64,000 nucleotides of DNA from Chloroflexota bacterium (GTDB taxonomy: Bacteria; Chloroflexota; Anaerolineae; Aggregatilineales; J027), in NCBI GenBank assembly GCA_013112715.1, contig JABFGB010000030.1, positions 4,126 through 68,125 of the forward strand, written 5' to 3'. The translations under genes were made by a program, and so were the position numbers. Under the pieces are notes generated by a model. It was given only the letters and a program-made list of their open reading frames with translations, had not been told where the DNA came from and did no database searches. Positions 9,397 to 18,989 of this stretch are shown one piece after another; the first letter of the stretch is position 1, and each line of letters starts with the position of its first letter.

Positions 9397-9554
9397 AGGC
9401 TTGTCCGACATTCGAACTTGGATGATACTCGGGTAAACCGCATGGGTAAGTAGTTTTGAGTACGGACGCAACATGTTGCGTCCCTACGATATTGATCCAG
9501 CCGCTTGACTGATGTCCCTGATTCATGCGATTTCCACCAATGTCGGACAAGCCT
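9397..9554 (-). mobile_element. MITE-A copy (158 bp) nested in a REP hairpin
   Basis: TIR aggcttgtccgacatt/aatgtcggacaagcct, flanked by ccgg(g); central gtacggacgcaacatgttgcgtccctac hairpin. Confidence 0.8.
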
Positions 9555-9600
9555 CCGGGGGTGAGGTTGGCTGCTTCTCAAATGGTCGCTGAACGCCGCT

Positions 9601-10305
9601 TTACTCGTAAAACACCGGCGCTTTTTTGAGTGTTTCCCATTGCGCCATGTCATGACCGAAAATCACCAGCCCGATATGCTCCCGTTCGACCAGATCAAGC
9701 AGTTTAATCGTACTGGCGCGGATCGCTGCGGCGTTTGGGTTGCTCCCGTCGTCCGGCGCGTCACGGGTAAAGCCTTCGCCGAAGGGTACCGCGTCAATCG
9801 TCAATAAAATCGCCCCCGTTTTGGGTAGCCGCACCAACACTGATTGATGCCCCGGCACATGCCCGCTCGTCTCAATCAGTTCTAGGCCCGGCAGCAGTTC
9901 CGTGTCTCCGTCCACCAGCCGAATGCGTTCCATTGGCTGATCCCATTGGGATCGAATATCAGCATAACGTGGGTTGCTGGCCGCATCCAAATGATGCACC
10001 CGCTGAACCACATAGTGCGCCTTTGTGAATGCCGCGTGCCTTCCGGCATGGTCGCCATCATAATGCGTCGAAATGACGGTATCAATATCGTCTGGTTGTA
10101 GGCCCATGTTCGCCAACTGCTCGATCACGTCCTGCCCATTCTCGAACTCCGATTCGCCTTCAGGCATAATCTCCGGTAGACCACTGTCAATCAGAATATT
10201 TTTGCCGTCACTCGTTTGCACCAGATAACACACAATCGGAATCTGGTATTCCGGCATGGACCCCACCTGCATCAGATAAAGACGCTGTACGGCCTTCTGG
10301 CTCAT
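9601..10305 (-). CDS. AiiA/AttM-like N-acyl-homoserine lactonase family metallo-beta-lactamase-fold hydrolase
   Basis: ILIDSG, HYDGDH (variant of HxHxDH), GHVPGHQS, LLTIDA, FGHD. Confidence 0.8.
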   Translation of the reverse strand: MSQKAVQRLYLMQVGSMPEYQIPIVCYLVQTSDGKNILIDSGLPEIMPEGESEFENGQDVIEQLANMGLQPDDIDTVISTHYDGDHAGRHAAFTKAHYVVQRVHHLDAASNPRYADIRSQWDQPMERIRLVDGDTELLPGLELIETSGHVPGHQSVLVRLPKTGAILLTIDAVPFGEGFTRDAPDDGSNPNAAAIRASTIKLLDLVEREHIGLVIFGHDMAQWETLKKAPVFYE

Positions 10306-10393
10306 AATCTCCTCCTCGGATGGTTTCGATCACATCAATCGTGTTGGTATCGTAACACAGCCCGAGGCGAGAAGTCTTGAATAATTACGCAAT

Positions 10394-11083
10394 TTACGCA
10401 GAAGTATGCAAGGCGATGATCGGGGTCGTCGGAATTTCAGCGGGTGTAAGACCAATAAAATGTTTTAGCGACCGGGTGAGATGCGGCTGGTCGCTATAGC
10501 CTGCCTCATAGACCGTATCGAAGATGGACACCCCTTGTTTGAGAAGGGCTGCTGCATAGCGAGCGCGTTCGATCTGCCGGATGGTTCTCTGCGATAGCCC
10601 TGTGGAACGCCGGGCACGATACTGAACCATGCGTAACGACAACGATGGTGAGTGTCCCTGTTGGACGGCGTTCAGAAGGGGATCATGCACGAGAACGCCT
10701 GCACGCACCAGCCGATCAACAAAGGTATCGGCGTTTTCATAATTCGGAAACTGCCATGCCGAATGACCCAATGAGAAAGAGCACCCTGAACCATCCGGGA
10801 GAAAAATATCGTCAATGAAAGCGCTAGGTGGGAGTTGCGGCACAAAAGTCCCCAGCTTAAACGCGATACCAAACCATTCTGCTTCGGCTGGAAACTCCTT
10901 GCGCGTGGCACGTGTTTCTGGACCGTGCAGACTCATCGCAATACGCCCATCACATTTGGAGATGACCATTGACCAGACGACTGTTGAGATCGAGGTAAAT
11001 GAACCAGCCCGGTCACTCTGCGTCATCCAAACCCGTTCAACAAACGGCGAATCGGATGGTCTTTCTTCAAAATGAGGGAACAT
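10394..11083 (-). CDS. AraC family regulator (DUF6597-like N-terminus)
   Basis: N-terminal SDSPFVERVW; C-terminal AGYSDQPHLTRSLKHFIGLTP HTH. Confidence 0.9.
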   Translation of the reverse strand: MFPHFEERPSDSPFVERVWMTQSDRAGSFTSISTVVWSMVISKCDGRIAMSLHGPETRATRKEFPAEAEWFGIAFKLGTFVPQLPPSAFIDDIFLPDGSGCSFSLGHSAWQFPNYENADTFVDRLVRAGVLVHDPLLNAVQQGHSPSLSLRMVQYRARRSTGLSQRTIRQIERARYAAALLKQGVSIFDTVYEAGYSDQPHLTRSLKHFIGLTPAEIPTTPIIALHTSA

Positions 11084-11123
11084 GCGTCCTAGCCTTCAGT
11101 GAGTAGTGGTTGCGCTACCTCGA

Positions 11124-11684
11124 TTAGACCCGCGTGCGATAGCGAAGATAGACCCATCCATTACCCACACGGCGCTCATCTAGCAGATCCAGCTTTACAT
11201 TTACGTTGCTGGGTAGAATCCGCTTGCCGCCGCCAAGCACAGTCGGTACGACGAGCAGTTGATACTCGTCAACGAGCTTGGCCCGGATCGCCTGTGCAGC
11301 TAGGTTCGGACCCGCCACCGAAATATCGTGAGGCAATTGAACCTTCAGGTCACGGACTGCCTGCGGGTCAAATTCACGCTCGAGGCGCGTCTTCGGTGTC
11401 GAGACAGTCGCCAGCGATTTGGAATAGACGAGCTTATCAGCCGCTTGCCAGATCCGCGCAAAGTCCATCATGGCCGGCGTCAGACTAGGCATAACATCGG
11501 GCGTTTCCCAAACCGTCATTACCTCATAATTCTTGCGCCCATAGAGATAGGTGCCGATGGGGCGAAGCCGATCGGCGATGAAAGCCATAACCTCCTCATC
11601 CGGCGCCGACCAATCGAAGTTGTCAGTCTCACCCGCGATAAAGCCATCCAGCGACGTTGGCATAAAGTAGATCAGTTTGGACAT
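11124..11684 (-). CDS. RibD C-terminal / dihydrofolate reductase family protein
   Basis: SLDGFIAG, LYGRKNY, GPNLA, LVDEYQL..VP..LGGG; ggagg RBS. Confidence 0.9.
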   Translation of the reverse strand: MSKLIYFMPTSLDGFIAGETDNFDWSAPDEEVMAFIADRLRPIGTYLYGRKNYEVMTVWETPDVMPSLTPAMMDFARIWQAADKLVYSKSLATVSTPKTRLEREFDPQAVRDLKVQLPHDISVAGPNLAAQAIRAKLVDEYQLLVVPTVLGGGKRILPSNVNVKLDLLDERRVGNGWVYLRYRTRV

Positions 11685-11763
11685 TGTGTAGCCTCCATAT
11701 TGCCTCATTAGGGTCAACTATACGACAGTAGCGGCGGGGTCGCCGCGCCCTCCCTCCTGCTCG

Positions 11764-12324
11764 TCATTTCGGCACGTAGCTCAACAACAAATTGCCAGAG
11801 GGGAACTGCTGGGTGTTTACCAAGCGAAAATCCATCTTGTTGGAAAGGCCCTCAAACAAAGGTGTCCCGCCGCCAAATACAAATGAATTGAGCATAATTT
11901 GGAGTTCATCCAGCACCCCGGCTGCCACCAAACTGGCGCACAGGTTGTTGCTGCCAAAAATGATGATGTTTTGGCCGGGTTGGGTCTTCAATTTTCGGAT
12001 GTCACCGATCACATCATCGCCGCTGATGCCTGTCACATGCTGCCATCCCGGTTCAAAGGGCTGGTGACTGACGACATATTTGGGGCGCTCGTTCATAAAG
12101 TGTGCGATTTCGGGGCTGGACGCGGCAGCTTCAGGTGTGGGCCAATACGCTTTCATCATCTCATAGGTGGTGTGACCGAGCAGGATGGCATCCACTTGGC
12201 TGCTGCCCTCCGCTGAAAACGCCTCAAAATCATCCCCGCCACTATGAAAGGCCATAATATCGCCCCCCGGCCCAGCGACATAACCATCAAGACTCATGTG
12301 TATGAACAAGACTAACTTTCCCAT
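11764..12324 (-). CDS. RibD C-terminal / dihydrofolate reductase family protein (second)
   Basis: MSLDGYVAG, LLGHTTY, GSNNL, LDELQI...FGGGTPLF. Confidence 0.9.
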   Translation of the reverse strand: MGKLVLFIHMSLDGYVAGPGGDIMAFHSGGDDFEAFSAEGSSQVDAILLGHTTYEMMKAYWPTPEAAASSPEIAHFMNERPKYVVSHQPFEPGWQHVTGISGDDVIGDIRKLKTQPGQNIIIFGSNNLCASLVAAGVLDELQIMLNSFVFGGGTPLFEGLSNKMDFRLVNTQQFPSGNLLLSYVPK

Positions 12325-12352
12325 TGGTGCTTTCCCCCATGCGCAGTGTAGA

Positions 12353-12375
12353 TTTACTTGCAAAATGCAAGTAAA
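12353..12375. promoter_or_regulatory. Inverted-repeat operator between the divergent DHFR-like and HxlR genes
   Basis: TTTACTTGCA-AAA-TGCAAGTAAA, a perfect 10-3-10 palindrome. Confidence 0.75.
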
Positions 12376-12464
12376 ATAAGTATAGGGTTTTCGAGATACA
12401 AAGTCAAGAACAAATTTTCTAATTTTGATGGGCTACAATTTGAAGTACAGGGACATTCACAGAC

Positions 12465-12932
12465 ATGCCAAAAAAATCACAGCGCCGCTCCAACTGCCCG
12501 ATCAATTTTGCGCTTCAAACTTTTGGCGATAGCTGGTCACTCTTGATTGTGCGCGACATCGTGTATTTTGGTCGGAAAACGTATCGTGAATTTTTGGAGG
12601 CGGGGGAGGGGATTGCCACCAACATTCTCGCCAGTCGCCTTGCCCAGATGGAGCAGGACGGTATCCTCACCAAGCAACCTGACAGCGCCGATAAACGCAA
12701 AGAAGTCTATTCCCTGACCGACAAAGGCCTCGATCTCATCCCGATTTTGCTGGAACTCGCGGCGTGGGGCGCTCGGCATGACCCCCAAACCGAAGCTCCG
12801 CCGGACTGGATTGCTTATGTGCAGGCGAATCGGGAAGTCGTCATCCAGTTGATTCGGGCAACCGTGCAGCGCGGCGGCTCGATTTTTGTTGGGCCAAACA
12901 GCGTGGTGAGCCAATTGGAGGAAAATCAATAA
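12465..12932 (+). CDS. HxlR family winged-helix regulator
   Basis: RSNCPI...GDSWSLLIVRD...ILASRL...YSLTDKG.DL.PIL. Confidence 0.92.
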   Translation: MPKKSQRRSNCPINFALQTFGDSWSLLIVRDIVYFGRKTYREFLEAGEGIATNILASRLAQMEQDGILTKQPDSADKRKEVYSLTDKGLDLIPILLELAAWGARHDPQTEAPPDWIAYVQANREVVIQLIRATVQRGGSIFVGPNSVVSQLEENQ

Positions 12933-12966
12933 TCGGGATGCTGAATGCTTCATCCGGCAAAAAAGA

Positions 12967-13061
12967 ACCCCATCCCAAACCCTTCCCCAAACATAGGGAA
13001 GGGCTTCAATTCGAGGCAAACTCCCCTCCCTATGCTTGGGGAGGGGACAGGGGGTGGGGTT
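12967..13061. repeat. C/G-rich REP doublet between convergent genes
   Basis: Nested hairpins ccttccc..gggaagg and ctcccctccc..ggggagggg; similar to 32652-32749. Confidence 0.75.
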
Positions 13062-13094
13062 GAACAGTTAGGAATTACCCGAATCTCGTATGAT

Positions 13095-13316
13095 TCACTT
13101 CGACGTGCGATACCGCGCCACCCAGATGATGCCCCAGATGACGGCCACCGGAATAATTACAAATAACCATAGTGCCAAAAACGCCGCTGTCAAATCCCAA
13201 ACGGCTATACCAATCAGCGTGAGAATGAGGAGTGCGCCAATGAGCACGCCCCAGCGTATCCATTTGGCTTTGTTCGGGTGCTCTTCGAGGTACAGAGTTG
13301 GATGTGTTGTTTTCAT
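13095..13316 (-). CDS. Small membrane protein (2 TM)
   Basis: Two hydrophobic helices; start at MKTTHP. Confidence 0.6.
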   Translation of the reverse strand: MKTTHPTLYLEEHPNKAKWIRWGVLIGALLILTLIGIAVWDLTAAFLALWLFVIIPVAVIWGIIWVARYRTSK

Positions 13317-13399
13317 GATAATTAAACTTTCACAGGCCATGATTAATGAATTGAGGCATGTTATACTATAAAAACGGACATGGGGAAAATGGAGTGTGT

Positions 13400-13636
13400 A
13401 TGGAAACTATTCGGATTCAAGTAGATGCTGAAACGGCGCAAGCCTATGAATTGGCATCGCAAGAGCAGCTTGAGCGTCTACAACTCATGCTGCAACTTTG
13501 GTCAAAAGAGGTGATGGGTCGCCCGCAGCGTACCCTTGAGGAAATGATGGAGGATATTGCCGACCAAGCATCCGCAAATGGCTTGACCCCAGAGGTTTTG
13601 CAATCCATTTTGGACGTTACATTTGAATTGAGTTAA
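13400..13636 (+). CDS. Orphan antitoxin-like protein
   Basis: METIRIQVDAETAQAY...A.ANGLTPEVLQSIL resembles small proteins usually found upstream of PIN toxins; no toxin follows. Confidence 0.55.
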   Translation: METIRIQVDAETAQAYELASQEQLERLQLMLQLWSKEVMGRPQRTLEEMMEDIADQASANGLTPEVLQSILDVTFELS

Positions 13637-13729
13637 CCGCGCTACTGCCTCGCCACAAAAATACCGCTCTGTACTCCTGCCGAGTCTCGTGAATTGCGCG
13701 ACTCCGGATTAATCTCTGTTTGCCAAGTT

Positions 13730-14101
13730 TCAACCTGAATGCCGCGTGCGGTGCAGCCACCGATGCAAAATATCGTACACCACCTCGGGGTCATGTTGGG
13801 CATAATAGGTAAAGTGCAGCCGCAAGCGATCATCCACCAAATCCAGATGATTGGTTCCAACCGATGTTTGCAGCAGCATTTTGGGCGTGTCCCACTGTTG
13901 CGCGACGACGGCCAGTGGCACTTTCGACCCAACCGACCATGTAGCCTTGCCGCCTTGAATCGAGGCCAGATACCCCGACTTGGCAATCAATGTGATAATA
14001 TCTTCAATGCTTAATCCATCGGGGATAATCATCGTTTGTTCATGCGGGGCATCCACATCATCACCTGCCGCCACACTGTCTCGCACCAGAAACACCAGCA
14101 T
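13730..14101 (-). CDS. Hypothetical protein
   Basis: 123-aa ORF with ggag RBS, in a run of minus-strand genes. Confidence 0.6.
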   Translation of the reverse strand: MLVFLVRDSVAAGDDVDAPHEQTMIIPDGLSIEDIITLIAKSGYLASIQGGKATWSVGSKVPLAVVAQQWDTPKMLLQTSVGTNHLDLVDDRLRLHFTYYAQHDPEVVYDILHRWLHRTRHSG

Positions 14102-14132
14102 CGCCTGAATCTCCCCTAAAAGAAAGCGTGAT

Positions 14133-14666
14133 CTAAAAGTCTAGGCGTAATGCCTCATGCGAGCCGGGTTCAATGCCCTGATTACGCCAATATTCGATAA
14201 TTTTCCAAGCGTCGGTTTCAACGGGCGCAAGATTCGGCGGACTGCCCAAATCCATCTCGCCTGTCTGATAATAGGCCGTTGCTGAAAATGCCTCGGCCAA
14301 TCGTGTAATCATCGTGAGATAAATGGTCAGGTGGTCAGGTGAATTTCTGAGAACACAGTAACTTAAACGAAATCCATCAAAAGGGCCGTGATGATGATAG
14401 ACATCTATACCGTCTACGAGCGGGAAAAGCCACACCAATACATCATCCCCAACATCAGGGTCATCAGACCGAAGCCCCCAGTAATCATCTACTTGGTCAA
14501 AGCCGAGTTCGGATAAGTCTTGGACTTCCATCTCAACTGGATGATAAGGATGATCAAACCCGCGCAGCATTTGGAATAATTGACCAAAAGTGGGTCGGAA
14601 TGTGGTACATATCAAATCCACATCCAAGCTTTCATAGATGGCCTCTTCGAATTGTTCTTCGTTCAT
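14133..14666 (-). CDS. Hypothetical acidic protein
   Basis: 177-aa ORF starting 10 bp after the DUF433 stop. Confidence 0.65.
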   Translation of the reverse strand: MNEEQFEEAIYESLDVDLICTTFRPTFGQLFQMLRGFDHPYHPVEMEVQDLSELGFDQVDDYWGLRSDDPDVGDDVLVWLFPLVDGIDVYHHHGPFDGFRLSYCVLRNSPDHLTIYLTMITRLAEAFSATAYYQTGEMDLGSPPNLAPVETDAWKIIEYWRNQGIEPGSHEALRLDF

Positions 14667-14676
14667 CTGCCCCTAC

Positions 14677-14973
14677 TTAGGTATTGTTTCGTTTCGCCTT
14701 CGCAATCAAGTCGGACAATAAGACACCATCAGCGGCATCAACGGGCGTTTCCATCTCGGCGTCCAATTCAGCCTGATGTTGATAATAATCGGCCAATGCC
14801 GCGTAAATTTTGGCATGATCTAGCACCTCATAATTTTCGAGAATCCATTCAATCGAAGAATGATTCCGTAGGTGCATCATAACCACTTCTGAAACGCGAA
14901 TCCGGGTTCCAGCGATACGCGGGATGCGCCGTCCCTGTTCTTCGGTAATTTCAATCAGATTGAGTGCCGCCAT
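14677..14973 (-). CDS. DUF433 protein
   Basis: PRIAGTRIRV...AKIYAALADYYQHQAELD. Confidence 0.85.
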   Translation of the reverse strand: MAALNLIEITEEQGRRIPRIAGTRIRVSEVVMMHLRNHSSIEWILENYEVLDHAKIYAALADYYQHQAELDAEMETPVDAADGVLLSDLIAKAKRNNT

Positions 14974-15075
14974 ATGATGATCCCACCCCAAACCTGTCCA
15001 CATCTCGTGGACATGGGTCTTGTAGCCGGGGAATTCTATTCCTCGGCTTCAAAAATAGCAAATTCAGAGACCCCC

Positions 15076-15106
15076 TTGACCCTCACGTTACGTCATGGTT
15101 TATCAT
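15076..15106 (+). promoter_or_regulatory. MerR-type promoter/operator (19-bp spacer)
   Basis: TTGACC-19 nt-TATCAT; spacer dyad CCTCACGTTACGTCATGG resembles the tipA operator. Confidence 0.85.
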
Positions 15107-15136
15107 CTTGGATGTATACGAATGAGGGAGTTCAAA

Positions 15137-15910
15137 ATGCTCACCGAGACCAAAACGGGTTACACCGTCAAGCAGTTAGCCGACCTCGCAGGCGTCAGCA
15201 TCCGCACCCTGCATTACTATGACGAAATCGGCCTCTTAAAGCCATCTTCGGTTGGCGACAATGGCTATCGCTATTACGAAGAGGAGGCGGTGTATCGCTT
15301 GCAGCAGATTCTATTTTTCCGGGAAATGGAATTGGGTCTGCTCCAAATCAAGGACATCATGGAGCAGCCGGAGTTCGACTTGATGATGACACTTGTCACG
15401 CATCGGCAGGCGCTGCAAGACAAAATCGCCCGTTTGCAGACCCTCATTCACACCATAGACCAGACGTTAGCACATCTCACAGGAGAGGTAGATATGACCA
15501 AGAAAAAACTCTTTGAGGGCTTCACCGAAGAAGAACAAGAACGGTACGCACAAGAGGCCAGCGAAAAATATGGCGCGGCAACCGTGCAAGCCTCCATGCA
15601 ATTGTGGAAGAGCTATGGCAAAGACAAGCAGGCCGCCATTATGCAGGAGGGCAAGGTCATCTATCAGGATATGCTAGCCGCGATGGGGCAGGGCGCGACG
15701 AGTGCGGGAGTTCAGGCGATTGTGGCGCGGTGGCATCAGCATTTGCGCTATTTCTATGAGCCGACCCCCGAAATTCTGCGCGGTCTGGGGCATCATTACA
15801 ACGATGATCCGGCTTTCCATGCCAATTTCGCCGACCTGCACCCCGATTTACCCGCGTTTTTGGAGCAGGCCATCATGCACTATTGTGATGTGCAGTTCCC
15901 GTCGGCGTAA
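15137..15910 (+). CDS. MerR family regulator with TipAS effector domain (TipA/Mta-like)
   Basis: YTVKQLADLAGVSIRTLHYYDEIGLL...NGYRYY; C-terminal Y.DDPAF. Confidence 0.93.
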   Translation: MLTETKTGYTVKQLADLAGVSIRTLHYYDEIGLLKPSSVGDNGYRYYEEEAVYRLQQILFFREMELGLLQIKDIMEQPEFDLMMTLVTHRQALQDKIARLQTLIHTIDQTLAHLTGEVDMTKKKLFEGFTEEEQERYAQEASEKYGAATVQASMQLWKSYGKDKQAAIMQEGKVIYQDMLAAMGQGATSAGVQAIVARWHQHLRYFYEPTPEILRGLGHHYNDDPAFHANFADLHPDLPAFLEQAIMHYCDVQFPSA

Positions 15911-15987
15911 TGGATGCGTGGGGTTTGCGGTGGGGATGGAACATAAACCCATTGTTCTGAAAAGCAACTGATTGTCCAAAGCTGGTG

Positions 15988-16953
15988 CTAGACGGTTTTC
16001 GCAATGGGGGTGCTGATCCCCTGCCACAATCGCCGCAGACCCCAAATCGTCACGAGGGCGACAAGGCTGAGTCCGCCGAACTGCTCAAAATCTTGCAGGA
16101 AGCCGAACACGATAAAAAACGCCAGCACCCCTGCGATAAAGGCCAATCTATGCCGATCATCCCACGCATAGCCATTACCCGACCAGCGCAAAATCAAGCC
16201 GAACATGAGCACGTCCAATATCACGATCCCGGCCAGCACGACGGGCCAATCGGGAAGCCATGCCGACTCGGTTTCCGGCAAGACAAACACCGCCAAAAAG
16301 ATGACGGTCATGTTGACGGCGGCCAATACGCCGTACCATAGGGGTCGGGTAGACGTGCCAGCGTGTTGGGGAAACACGGATTCCGGCCAATGTCGTGCCA
16401 AATACATCAAGCCGATGATAGCGCCACATGAAAATGCAAGGGCGGGGATAGTCGGAACAAAGGGATTCAGCAGCCATAGCGTGGGCATCCACAGCGCCAG
16501 CCCAATGAAACACCACGTCAACTGGCGATTATTGACCCACGACTCATGACGCCGACTCGGATAAATCAGATGAGCCAAGCCGATGCTGGCAAGGATGCTG
16601 ATGAGCACATGAAAATGCAACAGGACGGCGGCATATGTCCACGTCACGCCCTCCCAATACGAATAATCGCGGATTGCCCCCAGTTCGGCCCATTCCGGGT
16701 CCCACACCGAACGCGCCACGATAAATTCTTCATAGACCCCATAGGCCAGACCGAGCAAAATCAGACTGGGCCATTGCTTGCCCCAGCGAATCATGAGTTC
16801 ACGGCAGATAATCGCGCCGAAGCCATAGGGCAGAGAGGTTAAAAGAAATGCGAGGGGGTTGATGAACTCGAATAGGCTTTGATGCCCGGAGATAAGTTCG
16901 CCACAGATTGGCCCCAAAAATAACAGGGCCGTTGCTGGTGATATGCGTTTCAT
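15988..16953 (-). CDS. Multi-pass membrane protein of unknown function
   Basis: 321 aa with about 9 hydrophobic segments; ggagg RBS. Confidence 0.8.
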   Translation of the reverse strand: MKRISPATALLFLGPICGELISGHQSLFEFINPLAFLLTSLPYGFGAIICRELMIRWGKQWPSLILLGLAYGVYEEFIVARSVWDPEWAELGAIRDYSYWEGVTWTYAAVLLHFHVLISILASIGLAHLIYPSRRHESWVNNRQLTWCFIGLALWMPTLWLLNPFVPTIPALAFSCGAIIGLMYLARHWPESVFPQHAGTSTRPLWYGVLAAVNMTVIFLAVFVLPETESAWLPDWPVVLAGIVILDVLMFGLILRWSGNGYAWDDRHRLAFIAGVLAFFIVFGFLQDFEQFGGLSLVALVTIWGLRRLWQGISTPIAKTV

Positions 16954-17023
16954 AAGGTTGCCTCCCCACCCCTAACCGCTTTATATAGGATACGCAGCAA
17001 GGGTGGGGTGGTTGCGATTGGGG

Positions 17024-17341
17024 TTAGCCGGATTTGCGCCGTGCCCGCATTTCGGCGAGATGACTTTGAGCATCGGTGGCCCGTCGCTTGACATCGGCAT
17101 TCGTAGCCGCGATTTCGTCATCAATCTGGGTTTGATGCTCGTAGTAATAAGCCAGCGCCGCATGAATCTGGGCACGGGTTAGCGTGAAATTCTCCAAAAT
17201 CCAATCTATTGTCGCGTCGCCGTGCCCCACCATTTCGGCAATTTCGTGTACCGTGATTTTTGTGCCCGCTATGACCAATTTAGGTCGCCCAAACTCGTTT
17301 TCGATTTGTCCTAATAGGTTAATTGCAACGGGTCTCGCCAT
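17024..17341 (-). CDS. DUF433 protein (orphan)
   Basis: GRPKLVIAGTKITV...LTRAQIHAALAYYYEH. Confidence 0.88.
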   Translation of the reverse strand: MARPVAINLLGQIENEFGRPKLVIAGTKITVHEIAEMVGHGDATIDWILENFTLTRAQIHAALAYYYEHQTQIDDEIAATNADVKRRATDAQSHLAEMRARRKSG

Positions 17342-17457
17342 AAATCACCGTTTGTAGAATTTGCTTTCAAAACCCACCTCACCTCCAACCCCTCTGTCAC
17401 GTGAAAGGGGCTTTAATATGCCAGATTCTCCCCCTCGCCAGATGGAGAGGGGGCAGG

Positions 17458-17614
17458 AGGCTTGTCCGGCATTGGTGGAAATGGAATGAATAAGCGCAAT
17501 TGGCACGGCTTTGGTGTCCATTTCGTAGGGACGCAACCTGTTGCGTCCGTACCCAAAACCCTTTATCTATGCGGTTTCCTACCAATCACCCGAAATCGAA
17601 TACCGGACAAGCCT
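17458..17614 (+). mobile_element. MITE-A copy (157 bp) nested in a REP hairpin
   Basis: TIR aggcttgtccgg/ccggacaagcct; flanks cagg and ccgg; central GTAG hairpin. Confidence 0.8.
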
Positions 17615-17633
17615 CCGGGGGTGAGGTTGATTT

Positions 17634-18905
17634 TTACACCTCAAACGCCCATTCGCCACTGCGTAGCACGGGTTCGACACGCCCATCGGTGGTGATGCCG
17701 TCTACATCCATCTTGTCGGAGCCGATCATAAAGTCAATGTGAATCAGGCTGGTGTTGCCGCCTTCCGCCGCGAACTGCTCCTCGCTCATATCCTCGCCGC
17801 CCTCAATCGAAAACCGATAGGCCCGACCCAGCGCCAGATGATTCGAGGCGTTTTCGTCAATCAGGATGCTGTAAAACAGCCGTCCCGTTTTGGAAATCGG
17901 TGAACTGTGCGGCACAAGCGCGACCTCACCCAAGCTGCGTGCGCCCTCATCCGTGTTTAGAATCCCCGTCAGCAGTTCATTGCCCGTCTTGGCCGTCGAA
18001 TTGACCACGCGCCCATTTTCAAAATGTAGGCTGAAATTTTCGATCAGTGCCCCGCCATAATTCAGCGGTTTGGTCGCCGTGACCGTGCCGTCAATTTTGT
18101 CGCGGTGCGGCATCGAGAACACTTCTTCGGTGGGGATGTTGGCGGTAAATCGAATGCCATTCCGCGCCATCATCTGTGCCCCTTGCCAGACCTGCCCCTG
18201 TGGTAAGCCGACGCGCAAATCCGTGCCCGGTGCTTGATAATGCAGGGCCGCGTACTGCTTGCCATTTAAATAGGCCGCCCGCGCCAGCAGATTTTTGACA
18301 TGGGCCTGCCACGCCGCGATGGGGTCGGGCTGGTCAATTCGGCACAGGGCGAAGAGGGTCTCCCAGAAAGCGTCTTCACGGCGTCCCGGCTCGACATCGG
18401 GGAACAATTTATCGCTCCAACCGGGCACGGGGGCGGTCACGACACACCAATTCATATCGCCCTTCGCCACCTTATCAGAATAATCTCGGCGTGTTTGGAG
18501 GGCCGTCTTTTGCACTTTGGAGATCAATTCGGGGTCGTGGCCCTTCATCATATCGGGGTCAACCGCCGAAATGGTCAGGATGGCGTCGGCGCGATTGGCA
18601 TATTCCATCAGGGCCGTCGCCAACCAATCGTTATGCAGGTCAAACGAGTCACGCGGGGCATATTTGAAACGGGCCAAGCGCACTTCGGGGTCATCCCACA
18701 GCACATCCACAAAGACCGCCCCGGCTTGATAGGCCGCCCGCACACATTCGCGCACAAGGGGGGCTTGATAAATCGGCGCACCCACTTGGGAGATCGTCGG
18801 CGTCCCGATCAACACGCGCTGACCGGGTTGGACATTCAGGCCGATTCGGATAATCACATCGGCATATTTGGCAAGTTTCTCTTGAAAATTGGGAATCGAG
18901 GACAT
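17634..18905 (-). CDS. ampS: Aminopeptidase, M29 (AmpS/PepS) family
   Basis: NIPTEEVF, LGEVALV, DENASNHLALG, HIDFMIG. Confidence 0.95.
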   Translation of the reverse strand: MSSIPNFQEKLAKYADVIIRIGLNVQPGQRVLIGTPTISQVGAPIYQAPLVRECVRAAYQAGAVFVDVLWDDPEVRLARFKYAPRDSFDLHNDWLATALMEYANRADAILTISAVDPDMMKGHDPELISKVQKTALQTRRDYSDKVAKGDMNWCVVTAPVPGWSDKLFPDVEPGRREDAFWETLFALCRIDQPDPIAAWQAHVKNLLARAAYLNGKQYAALHYQAPGTDLRVGLPQGQVWQGAQMMARNGIRFTANIPTEEVFSMPHRDKIDGTVTATKPLNYGGALIENFSLHFENGRVVNSTAKTGNELLTGILNTDEGARSLGEVALVPHSSPISKTGRLFYSILIDENASNHLALGRAYRFSIEGGEDMSEEQFAAEGGNTSLIHIDFMIGSDKMDVDGITTDGRVEPVLRSGEWAFEV

Positions 18906-18940
18906 GGGGAATCCTTAATTTGATGCAGAATCGCGTTTTG

Positions 18941-18987
18941 GATTATACCGCAGGTGGGGCGGGGGAGGTTCAAATGAGAGGGCAGGT
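18941..18987. repeat. 47-bp direct repeat, copy 1
   Basis: gattataccgcaggtggggcgggggaggttcaaatgagagggcaggt. Confidence 0.9.
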
Positions 18988-18989
18988 AG

